The notes under the pieces: generated by a model
Databases searched by the model: none
Seen by the model: the letters and a program-made list of their open reading frames with translations, nothing else
What the model was told of the DNA's origin: nothing
In this document: one piece after another, positions 7,100 through 16,051 of the stretch
Position numbering within the stretch: the first letter of the stretch is position 1
Layout of the letters: each line of letters opens with the position of its first letter
Program-made: the position numbers and the translations under genes
NCBI GenBank assembly: GCA_964342815.1
Contig: CAYFHS010000041.1
Coordinates: forward strand, 1-37,023
From: an uncultured archaeon
GTDB taxonomy: Archaea; Thermoplasmatota; Penumbrarchaeia; JASLWR01
Direction of reading: 5' to 3'
DNA: 37,023 bases

Positions 7100-10000
7100 C
7101 TAATACTGCCGATAAGGGCTCGGCCCAAGGGCACGGAGGTCTTCAATGGTGTCTCTGATGATCTGTGCGAACTTTGGACCCTCTGATGCAGATACCCACT
7201 CCAGCCGGTATCTCTCAGGCTCCAGTTCGAAATCTTCCAGCAATAGATCTATTGTATCGGCACGGGCCTTGGCCTTCAGATTTCCCTCGAGATAATGGCA
7301 GTCCCCGGGATGGCAGCCGCACATGAGAACACCATCAGCTCCGGCCAGGAGTGTCTCTATAACAATGGTGGGGTGCACCATCCCTGAACACATTACACGA
7401 ATGATCCTGACGTTCGGGGGGTACTGAAATCTGGCAACTCCCGCAAGGTCCGCACCGGTATATGAGCACCAGTTGCAGCAGAAGGCAACAAGCCTTGGCT
7501 CGAAATCCTCTTCAGGCGGCCCCTCGCCGGTTATTTCCACGGCTGTTTTACCCTGCGACATTATCTGCTCATACGTGAATCCTCTTACATACACTCCTAA
7601 CTTCGGACATGTTGCCATACAGACTCCGCAGCCCTTGCACAGTGCTTCATTGACCTCAACAGTCTTTTTTATCTGACCGTCTCTCATGTATTCAACAAGC
7701 GTTATTGCATTGAATGGACACGGGTCCACACAGTATGCGCATCCGTCACAGTACTTGTCTACAACAAATGACAGCCTCGGTGATTTTTCCATTGTGTCAT
7801 GAGATATCAGGGTGCACGCTCTGGATGCAGCAGCAAAGGCCTGAGATATTGTTTCAGATATGGATCTGGGTGAATGCGCAAGTCCCGCCATGAAAATCCC
7901 CTCCGTGGCAAAGTCAACAGGCCTGAGCTTGACATGAGCCTCTAAAAAGAAACCATCGGTGTTTGTGGGGACCTTTAACAATTTTGCTAGTTCTTCATTG
8001 GTCTCCGGAGGAACCATTGCGGCGCTGAGCACCAACAGGTCTGGATTAATTGCCAGTACCTCGTCCAGTATTTTATCTCTGATCCTGACCTGCAGTACAC
8101 CATCAACACTTTCAACCAACGGTCTTCCATCCACGTCGTATCTGATGAAGATGACTCCTCTCTCCCTTGCCTCTTCATATGCCTTTTCCTTAAATCCATA
8201 AGTCCTGATATCTCGGAATATGATAAAGATCTGTGTGTCGGGGTCCGCATCCTTTATCTTTATGGCATTTTTTACAGCTTCCGTACAGCAGACCCTGCTG
8301 CAGTAAGGCCTCTCTTCATCACGGGAACCCACGCACTGTATCATTACCACCGTTTTACCTACAGGGCCGCCGTCCGCTATTTTCTTTTCAAGCTCCAGTT
8401 GTGTAATTACTTTTTCGTTTTTACCATACAGATATTCATCAGGCTTGAGTTCGTTGGCCCCGGTAGCAACTATGATTGTTCCGTGTTCGATCATTGATTC
8501 GGAAATCCCATCACGGACCGTGCTTTCATAATTTCCCACGTATCCATTGATAGCCTTTACTGTTGAGTCGGTAAATATCTTGATATTCGGGTTCTCTTCA
8601 ACCCTATTTATCAGTGAAGCAAGATATCCCTGTATGTTATCATTCTCCAAAGTATAATGAAGATTTATCAGGTTGCCTCCTAGATGCCCCTCTTTTTCAA
8701 CAATATATGCAACATATCCCTGATCTGCTATTGCCAGTGCAGCTGTCATTCCTGCAAGCCCTCCTCCGATTATCAGTCCCTTCTGTATAACGGGCCGGTA
8801 TATCGGTTCAAGAGGCTCAAGCAGCCTGGATTTCGTTACTGCAATTCTAACAAGGTCTTTAGCCTTGTCTGTTGCCATGTCCGGAACATTCATGTGAACC
8901 CACGAGCACTGATCCCTGATATTGGCCATCTCAAATAGATACGGATTAAGGCCGGCTTCTCTGAGCATGCTCTGGAATAACGGTTCATGGGTCCTTGGTG
9001 TGCATGAAGAAACGACAACCCTGTTGAGGTTGAGTTCTGTTATCTTTTCTGTTATCTTTTTCTGTGTATCCTGGGAACAGGTGTACAAATTATCCTCGGT
9101 ATATACCACGTTCGGAAGTGTTTTTGCATATTCTACAATTCCCGGAACATCCAGATACCCTCCAATATTAAAACCACAGTTGCATACAAAGACCCCGATC
9201 CTGGGTTCCTGCCCTTCAACACTGATCTCGGGAGGGTATTGCTTCCCAACAACAAGCGAATCCCTTTCTTGGGATATCAATGCACTTGCCTCCGCAGCAG
9301 CTCCGGATCCCCCTATTACGGTTTCAGGAATGTCTTTTGGCCCGGCAAAGGCCCCGCAGACAAAAACACCTTTTTTTGATGTTTTGACCGGAGTAAGCTC
9401 CGATGTGGAACAGAAATTGTATTCATTGAGTTCTATGTCCAGTATCTCGGACAGCTTTTTTACTTCTTCAGGGGGCTCAAATCCGGTACACAGTACTACC
9501 AAGTCGAATTCCTCTTCAACTATTTGCCCCTCGGTTTCATATCGTATTGCTAGATTTTTGCTTTCTTCTAATTCTTCAACCGATGCAACCCTGCAGTTCA
9601 CAAAATTCACACCGCCCTCGTTTTTAGCCCTTTCATAATAGGCTTCAAAGCCCTTCCCAAAGGTTCTCCTATCTATGTAAAATATTGTAGCTTCAAGAGT
9701 TTTCACATGCTCTTTAGCAATCACCGCTTCTTTTATGGCATATGTGCAGCAAACAGATGAGCAGTAATTGTTTCCGCGGTGCCTGTCTCGAGAACCCACA
9801 CAGTTGATCCACGCAACCTTTTTGGGTTCTGATTCATCTGATGGCCGAATGACATGTCCCTGATAGGGTCCGGATGCTGAAAGGATCCGTTCAAATTCCA
9901 GTGATGTCAACACGTTTGCGAATCTCTTGTAGCCGTATTCGTTTGTTCGTCTTGCATTGAACATCTCAAAACCTGGAGCCATGATTATGGATCCGACATT

Positions 10001-11959
10001 GATGTTTTCAAAAGTATCTGTCATGCTGAGGTCGATGGCATCGGCTTCACAAGCGGCTTGACATTGAAGGCATTCACAACAAATTGAACAAGATAGACAC
10101 CTCTTAGCTTCGGCAATTGCTGTATCTTCGTCATAACCGAGTTCAACTTCTCTGAAATCCTTGATCCTTTCTTCAGGAGGGGCCATGGGCATATGTTTTC
10201 TTGCCTCCGCAGCCACCTCTTCTCTGAGATGATCGATTGCATATTCTTCAGCACAGCGCCCCTCCTTTAGATCCCTGCCTGAGATATATCTGTCTATTGA
10301 CTCTGCAGCATCAAATCCGTCTCTTACAGCTTCAATAACCGAGGCCGGTCCTCTCCTGATATCTCCCCCTGCAAATACTCCTTCAATACTGGTTTCCAGG
10401 GTGATCTCTTTTGCCTTGATAGTGCCCCATGGATTTGCTTCTATTTCATCAAAGCCATTTCTATTTGGGCGCTGCCCTATGGCAATGATCACCGTATCGC
10501 AGTTAAATTGCGGCCCGGCTTCATCTGAGAACTCCGGTGCGAAATTGTGGTCATCATCATAGACCTTTGTGCAGTTTACCGTTTGAAGTCCTGTAACTTT
10601 TCCGCCCTCTGCATTGATGGTTTTGGGACCCAGTGATCCGTGGATGCTTATTCCCTCGTCTTCACCCTCCTCGATCTCCCACGCATGTGCCGGCATTCGA
10701 TGGCGGCTTGATAGGTCCCTTGTCTCCAGGCAAACGATATCTACCTTTTCAGCCCCGAGACGGACTGCAGATCGAGCACAGTCCATAGCTACATTGCCCC
10801 CCCCGATCACAATGATCCTCTTTCCGAATCCCATAGGTGCCTTTTCCCCTTTGGCATCTCTGAGGAACGGGATACCGTAGAGAACCCCACTGCTGTCAGC
10901 TCCGTCTATCTTTAATCTGGCTGGATCCTGATATCCAATTGAAATAAAGATTGATCCGTATTCTTTTTTCAGGTCCTCAAAACTGATATCTCTGCCAACT
11001 CTCGTTCCTGTTTTTATCTCGATCCCTTCATCAAGTATCCTGTTTATGTCAAACATCGTTGTTTTTTCATCGATACGGTAATTGGGCATACAGGATGTCA
11101 TCATGCCTCCCGGTTTATCCGCAGCATCTATTACTGTTACCGGATATCCTCTTTTTGTGAGCTCCCGGGCACAGGTCAATCCTGCAGGTCCAGCACCGAT
11201 AACTGCTATCTTTTCATCTTTTAAAGGGATGAGTTTTTCAGCTTTCCCCTCACCATTTTCCATGACCCAGTCTGCTGCAAACCTTTTTAGCGGCCTGATA
11301 GCAACAGGTTCATCAACAGTTCCCCTGAGACACTGGTCCTCGCAGGGATGATGGCAGACACGCCCGCAAATTGCTGGAAACGGGTTTCTCTCTCTTACAA
11401 GGTTAAGAGCTTCGGCATACTTTCCCATTCCGATGAGCTGGATATATCCCTGTGCATTGACAAACGATGGGCATGTAACCTTGCACGGTGATTTTTTGTC
11501 CAACTTGTCAACAACACATTTGTTCGGAATTGCCTGTGGATATAATTTGTATATGGCGTGCCTGATTGCCAGGCATTCGTCAAATTCGGAATCCAGATCA
11601 ACCGGACAGACAGTTGTACATTCCCCGCATCCTGTACATTTTTCAAAATCTACAAATCCCGCCTTCCTACGTATCCGGACATCGAAGTTTCCTGCCTCTC
11701 CACTTACCTCTTCAAGCTCAGAATACGTGATCATCTCGATATTCGGGTGCCTTCCCACATCCACGAGTTTAGGCGACATCGTACACATTGCACACTCATT
11801 TGTCGGAAACGTTTTGTCAAGCTGAGCCATGTGCCCGCCTATGGATGGTTTTTTCTCCAGAAGATACACCTTAAAACCGCTCTCTGCCAGATCAAGTGCT
11901 GACTGCATACCGCCTATTCCACCGCCCACCACCAGTACTGCACCAACTTTGTCTCCCAT
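7100..11959 (-). CDS. hdrA: Large HdrA/HdrL-type flavo-iron-sulfur protein with inserted NAD(P)H-binding domain and C-terminal MvhD fusion
   Basis: GGGIGG...LDKTFPT motif; GltD/NfnB-like insert (CGRVCHHPCE, GAGPAG, GGGNVAMD); two CVGSRD...YCS.VCC motifs; ferredoxin motifs; MvhD motifs CNWCSY, CSG and GCHPGDCHY. GGAGG precedes the ATG at 11959. Confidence 0.93.
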   Translation of the reverse strand: MGDKVGAVLVVGGGIGGMQSALDLAESGFKVYLLEKKPSIGGHMAQLDKTFPTNECAMCTMSPKLVDVGRHPNIEMITYSELEEVSGEAGNFDVRIRRKAGFVDFEKCTGCGECTTVCPVDLDSEFDECLAIRHAIYKLYPQAIPNKCVVDKLDKKSPCKVTCPSFVNAQGYIQLIGMGKYAEALNLVRERNPFPAICGRVCHHPCEDQCLRGTVDEPVAIRPLKRFAADWVMENGEGKAEKLIPLKDEKIAVIGAGPAGLTCARELTKRGYPVTVIDAADKPGGMMTSCMPNYRIDEKTTMFDINRILDEGIEIKTGTRVGRDISFEDLKKEYGSIFISIGYQDPARLKIDGADSSGVLYGIPFLRDAKGEKAPMGFGKRIIVIGGGNVAMDCARSAVRLGAEKVDIVCLETRDLSSRHRMPAHAWEIEEGEDEGISIHGSLGPKTINAEGGKVTGLQTVNCTKVYDDDHNFAPEFSDEAGPQFNCDTVIIAIGQRPNRNGFDEIEANPWGTIKAKEITLETSIEGVFAGGDIRRGPASVIEAVRDGFDAAESIDRYISGRDLKEGRCAEEYAIDHLREEVAAEARKHMPMAPPEERIKDFREVELGYDEDTAIAEAKRCLSCSICCECLQCQAACEADAIDLSMTDTFENINVGSIIMAPGFEMFNARRTNEYGYKRFANVLTSLEFERILSASGPYQGHVIRPSDESEPKKVAWINCVGSRDRHRGNNYCSSVCCTYAIKEAVIAKEHVKTLEATIFYIDRRTFGKGFEAYYERAKNEGGVNFVNCRVASVEELEESKNLAIRYETEGQIVEEEFDLVVLCTGFEPPEEVKKLSEILDIELNEYNFCSTSELTPVKTSKKGVFVCGAFAGPKDIPETVIGGSGAAAEASALISQERDSLVVGKQYPPEISVEGQEPRIGVFVCNCGFNIGGYLDVPGIVEYAKTLPNVVYTEDNLYTCSQDTQKKITEKITELNLNRVVVSSCTPRTHEPLFQSMLREAGLNPYLFEMANIRDQCSWVHMNVPDMATDKAKDLVRIAVTKSRLLEPLEPIYRPVIQKGLIIGGGLAGMTAALAIADQGYVAYIVEKEGHLGGNLINLHYTLENDNIQGYLASLINRVEENPNIKIFTDSTVKAINGYVGNYESTVRDGISESMIEHGTIIVATGANELKPDEYLYGKNEKVITQLELEKKIADGGPVGKTVVMIQCVGSRDEERPYCSRVCCTEAVKNAIKIKDADPDTQIFIIFRDIRTYGFKEKAYEEARERGVIFIRYDVDGRPLVESVDGVLQVRIRDKILDEVLAINPDLLVLSAAMVPPETNEELAKLLKVPTNTDGFFLEAHVKLRPVDFATEGIFMAGLAHSPRSISETISQAFAAASRACTLISHDTMEKSPRLSFVVDKYCDGCAYCVDPCPFNAITLVEYMRDGQIKKTVEVNEALCKGCGVCMATCPKLGVYVRGFTYEQIMSQGKTAVEITGEGPPEEDFEPRLVAFCCNWCSYTGADLAGVARFQYPPNVRIIRVMCSGMVHPTIVIETLLAGADGVLMCGCHPGDCHYLEGNLKAKARADTIDLLLEDFELEPERYRLEWVSASEGPKFAQIIRDTIEDLRALGPSPYRQY

Positions 11960-11960
11960 G

Positions 11961-12863
11961 TCAGGCACCTCCGTTTGCTTGGACCTTTTCAAGCAGGGGT
12001 GAAACCTTAACCTGGTTTATCTTTACCGCAAGGTCCTTTTTGGGGTCCAGCCCCATGGCGATTCCCAGAAGCTGTGAATAAAATAATACGGGGATATTGT
12101 ATTCTGCATCAAAACTTGTTTCTATTGTGGGTTGGTACTCGTCATACATAATGCTGCAGAACGGGCAGAGCAGTGTCATTGCATCTGCTTCAGCTGTTTT
12201 GATATTGTCCAGCTTTTCTTTGACCATCTTTACAGAAGTGTCTTCGGATATTGAAAGTATACCGCCGCCGCAGCACTGGAGCCTGTTTTTGTATCTTACG
12301 GAAGTAGCTCCTGTTACCTCGATCAGTTTGTCCAAACTCACAGGGTTTATGGGGTCGTCGAAGCCGTCAAATATCGTTGAGGGTTTTATGTAATGGCACC
12401 CATAATGGGGTGCGATGGTAAGACTGGTGAGAGGATTTGTAACGGCCTCTTTTACCTTGTCCAATCCGACATCTTCATACAGCACCCTGGCAAAATGTTT
12501 TACCTTGGTATTTCCCTTGTATTCAAGGTTTGAACCGCCTAGATAATCGTTTATCTTTTTTTGTTCCTCTGTGCCTCGAGGACTGCTCAGATGTTTCTGG
12601 GCCTTTGTCAGGTGTCCCGTACAGGCACTGCAAAGTGTCATGATGTCAAGTCCCTGGGCCTCCGCAAGTGCAAGATTTCTTGCAGCCAACGTTAAACCTG
12701 TCTCATGATGAACTCCTGCTATAGGAAAACCACAGCATGCGAAATCGGTTATGTCAACAATTTCAATTCCAAGCCTATCTGCAACCTTTCTTGCTGAGAG
12801 TTCATAGTTCAATCCCCTTACTGGGACTGTACAACCGAGAAACAATGCATATTTACTCATCAT
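11961..12863 (-). CDS. hdrB: Heterodisulfide reductase subunit B-like protein
   Basis: Two CCG domains (ACCGF...CSAC and CCGGG...CPFC); located between hdrC and hdrA. Confidence 0.93.
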   Translation of the reverse strand: MMSKYALFLGCTVPVRGLNYELSARKVADRLGIEIVDITDFACCGFPIAGVHHETGLTLAARNLALAEAQGLDIMTLCSACTGHLTKAQKHLSSPRGTEEQKKINDYLGGSNLEYKGNTKVKHFARVLYEDVGLDKVKEAVTNPLTSLTIAPHYGCHYIKPSTIFDGFDDPINPVSLDKLIEVTGATSVRYKNRLQCCGGGILSISEDTSVKMVKEKLDNIKTAEADAMTLLCPFCSIMYDEYQPTIETSFDAEYNIPVLFYSQLLGIAMGLDPKKDLAVKINQVKVSPLLEKVQANGGA

Positions 12864-13356
12864 TGTCTCCTCCAACTATGTCCATAACTCCAGTTTTATC
12901 CATGAGAGATTTGATGTCTGGAATCTCTGCTTTTAGAAGGGGAATGTCTTTTTTTTCCCGGACTTTATTTTCAAACTCAGATACCTCCAGCAGTCTTCCA
13001 TATTTTTCCAGCAATTCCAAACTGGCCATGTGTGCATCTGGTAAATGTCCATTCTTTACTGCGATATTTCTGATAGCACCCATAAGGTCAGTGATCTTCA
13101 CATCACGGGGGCACAGTTCATAACAATTGTAGCATCCCGAACACAGCCATATAAAATCACTTTTCAACACCACTTCTTTCATTCCCAGAATCACCATTCT
13201 GATTATCTTTCTGGGATTGTATTCAGGATTCGTTGCAAAAACAGGGCATGAAACTGTGCATGTGCCGCATGCAAAACAGTTCTTTATATTCTCCCCTCCA
13301 TGAACTTTTGCAACTTCGGACTTAAAATCAGGGTTCATTTCGTGTACATTGATCAT
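12853..13356 (-). CDS. hdrC: Heterodisulfide reductase subunit C-like protein
   Basis: CFACGTCTVSCP and CSGCYNCYELCP give two [4Fe-4S] motifs. It overlaps the hdrB start. The start could be 13368. Confidence 0.93.
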   Translation of the reverse strand: MINVHEMNPDFKSEVAKVHGGENIKNCFACGTCTVSCPVFATNPEYNPRKIIRMVILGMKEVVLKSDFIWLCSGCYNCYELCPRDVKITDLMGAIRNIAVKNGHLPDAHMASLELLEKYGRLLEVSEFENKVREKKDIPLLKAEIPDIKSLMDKTGVMDIVGGDNDE

Positions 13357-13559
13357 TTCCTTCCACATCCAGATGTTTCAAATCGAAACAATGCAAATAG
13401 TTTTTTATTATTTCGACATATGTTTTGTTTTTTGTTATTTCAGACATCTGTTCAAATATTTTTTTATGGACAACTGGACTTTCTGTTTTTCCTATCTCCA
13501 TTCCACTTGCACTGCATTTCTACCCCACGCGCTCGCCCATTCCCTGCGTCGTCATGGTG

Positions 13560-13722
13560 CAGCGGCGCCTCCGGTGGAGTGAGCGGGTGTTTGGGGACGG
13601 GTATGGCGGTTTGTGTGTTTTGGTATTGGGTTTGGGGTTTGGGTTGTTTTTGGATTGATTTTGGTCATGTGCAGTACTACACGTAATTCTTATCATTTGC
13701 CTCCCGTCATATAATTAATGAT
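13560..13722 (+). repeat. Mosaic repeat block 6
   Basis: G/T-rich tract like 3442-3476, palindrome variant at 13664-13687, and a downstream ~50 bp shared with block 7. Confidence 0.8.
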
Positions 13723-13799
13723 CTGCCGGTTTACACCAGTGTCGATTTGGGGATCGTCCTGCGAAAGGTTACTATGTGCGGGTTTGGAGCAGGGATATT

Positions 13800-14738
13800 T
13801 CATTTATTTGCAGATACGGTTTTATCGCCATACTCCCTCAAAGCTCTCCTTGTGGAATGCCATATTCCACCCGCTTTCGTGGCTGCAAGTTCCCCCTGCC
13901 TCGCCCGCAGCGAAAGATATTCCTGTGAATATTTTGAATACTTTGAGAGAACCTTTAGTGGTATAAGTTCATCTTCACCGCCTGTTACAGATAAGAATTC
14001 TAGCAGAGACTCTTCCAGGGCTTTTGCAAGAAAATTGGTAAATGGCCCAAGATCTCCGGAATCTGCTTTTCTGAGAAACGCATAATATTTTCTTCGATCT
14101 TCCTTTCTTAGGATTATTGGGCTAAATCCGCGCTCTAAAAGAAACCGATTTGTCAATAATCTCGCCACCCTGCCGTTCCCATCGGAAAACGGATGGATCG
14201 CAACGAATCCGTGATGAAGGAATGCCGCCATATCTATAGGATTTCTGTCGCCTCCCTTTATCGTCTTGAACAGCCCATCCATCATCTTTGGTATCTTTGC
14301 AAAATCGGGGGGTCTCTTCACAGCTCCCGTGATCTGAACGTTGTGAATCCTGTATTTTCCGGCATCGAGCAATATTCCCCTGGCTACAACCTCGTGCAGA
14401 TCCTGTATCGAGATATGATTTATTTCTACCCTACCCTTGGCCATTTCCTCAATTAATTCATATGCGTGAGAGTTGTTAACCGCTTCAAGGTGTTCTATCA
14501 ATGATTTGCCGCCTATTGTGATGCCCTCTTCAATAACTACTTTTGTTTCTTGTAAAGTAAGGGTGTTGCCCTCAATAGCATTAGAATGATATGTATGTCT
14601 TGTCCGATGATCCTGTGAAAGTATCTCTATCAGATCAGGGTGAAGTGGTCTTAGTTCATTGACTTTCTGAAATTTTTTCATTATTCTATTAAACAATTTA
14701 TTATTTACTAACGTATCGGTATCGCTCATTTTCATCAA
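13800..14738 (-). CDS. Fic/DOC-family protein with putative C-terminal DNA-binding domain
   Basis: HPFSDGNGRVAR Fic catalytic motif and N-terminal SNAIEGN motif. The C-terminal YSQEYLSLRARQG segment looks HTH-like. Confidence 0.92.
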   Translation of the reverse strand: MMKMSDTDTLVNNKLFNRIMKKFQKVNELRPLHPDLIEILSQDHRTRHTYHSNAIEGNTLTLQETKVVIEEGITIGGKSLIEHLEAVNNSHAYELIEEMAKGRVEINHISIQDLHEVVARGILLDAGKYRIHNVQITGAVKRPPDFAKIPKMMDGLFKTIKGGDRNPIDMAAFLHHGFVAIHPFSDGNGRVARLLTNRFLLERGFSPIILRKEDRRKYYAFLRKADSGDLGPFTNFLAKALEESLLEFLSVTGGEDELIPLKVLSKYSKYSQEYLSLRARQGELAATKAGGIWHSTRRALREYGDKTVSANK

Positions 14739-14844
14739 TAGCCGATATGCATTTGGGTATACTTAATAATATCGGCATCATTAATTATTTGGGAGTGCCG
14801 ATACTATTCTCTGTCTCCTTCTGTCTTTTCCACCTCATTAAGGT

Positions 14845-14975
14845 TCCCCTTTGGCTCATCACCCACATTATGGCAGTACTGCACGTAATTATTATCATTC
14901 GCCTGTCGTCATATAATTAACGATACCCCCTTCCCACAGTATCGTACCGTAACGGCCTGCGAGTAGCGGCTGTGT
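14845..14975 (+). repeat. Mosaic repeat block 7
   Basis: TTCCCCTTTGGCTCATCACC resembles 5872-5890. Palindrome with a 1-bp deletion at 14867-14889 and a divergent hairpin motif ending CTGCGAGTAG at 14966. Confidence 0.8.
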
Positions 14976-15101
14976 GCGGGATTTCGAGAAGGGCTGCTTG
15001 ATATCCTAAGCAATCTTCCTGGACGAATGGACGAACATGAAAAGTTTTGGATTTATTATACGCAATTTATTAAATAGATTGATAATAATAAGTCGACTAC
15101 C

Positions 15102-15875
15102 ATGAGGTCCTGCGATTTCAGTATCCGTCTGAGGGTAGGCTATATTCTCGTAAGTTTGGTCATGATAATGGAAATAGGCGATACTCTTCTCGCTTATTTC
15201 GATCCGATACAGCATGCCTTTTGCAACTTCTGTTATATCAGATCATTGATGGTGCTTGTCCTATTGATCATTGGATTTGTCCAGATCAGCAAGGGGATGA
15301 AACAAGAATATCCCGAAAGCAAGCACTCGATAAAAGTGGGAATTGCCCTGTTGGTGTTCAATCAGATCCTGGGAATCTATGTTGTATACAAGTTTGGTGG
15401 CATTGAGGGTATACTTGGAATGGGTACAAAAAATTACGCCATTTGGACCACCGCGAGGATATTTATTCAACTTCGGGGGATATTCTTTATCATGCAAGTG
15501 ATACACACCTCCCGGAGAAAGAAGATTCTTGCGGCAATACTCGCCGGTGTCTTTATCGCCTGCACCGTCAATATGTTGATCATGTATCCCAAAATTGTGG
15601 ATTTCTACCAGGACCTGGGGGATTTTATAGAGGGGGAGGAGGAAGAAGAGGAAGGATTCTATTATTATAATTATTATGTGGAAGAGAGCTCCGAACCTAC
15701 CGAGGATGAGATACTCGAAAGATATAACGAGGGAAAGAAGCCTCTTTTTGTGCATATAATAATCAAAAGTATACTGGAAATGATTATAGCCATTATTTTT
15801 TTCTCATCCTTCTTCTTCCAGAGGGACGATTACGATGAGTATTATGGCGATTCAGACAATTCAGATTATTATTAA
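15102..15875 (+). CDS. Hypothetical multi-pass membrane protein
   Basis: About five hydrophobic segments, an acidic E/Y-rich loop and an acidic tail. The start is uncertain. Confidence 0.7.
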   Translation: MRSCDFSIRLRVGYILVSLVMIMEIGDTLLAYFDPIQHAFCNFCYIRSLMVLVLLIIGFVQISKGMKQEYPESKHSIKVGIALLVFNQILGIYVVYKFGGIEGILGMGTKNYAIWTTARIFIQLRGIFFIMQVIHTSRRKKILAAILAGVFIACTVNMLIMYPKIVDFYQDLGDFIEGEEEEEEGFYYYNYYVEESSEPTEDEILERYNEGKKPLFVHIIIKSILEMIIAIIFFSSFFFQRDDYDEYYGDSDNSDYY

Positions 15876-16051
15876 GGAGATACTGGATATTTTTTTAATA
15901 ATTCATACCAATGTTAAATTACATTCTCTTGCTCCCATCGTGCACCATCAGAAAGTGGTGACAAATACGTTCTTTCCCCTAAATTCCTAAATGATTCTTA
16001 CGATACCCTTTTCCTCTCTGTCCCGTATTTGGGACATTCAATACAAACTAC

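Noticed and set aside
7100-13356. hdrABC-mvhD as evidence of methanogenesis
   Set aside because: Hdr-like complexes are widespread in non-methanogens, and no mcr, mtr or hydrogenase genes are in the window.
13590-13655. Canonical G-quadruplex or telomere-like repeat
   Set aside because: Only three closely spaced G3+ runs and no regular tandem unit; kept only as a low-interest compositional note.
32-14889. Palindromic repeats as a CRISPR array
   Set aside because: Spacing is irregular (about 200 bp to 7.5 kb), whole genes lie between copies, and no cas genes are recognisable.
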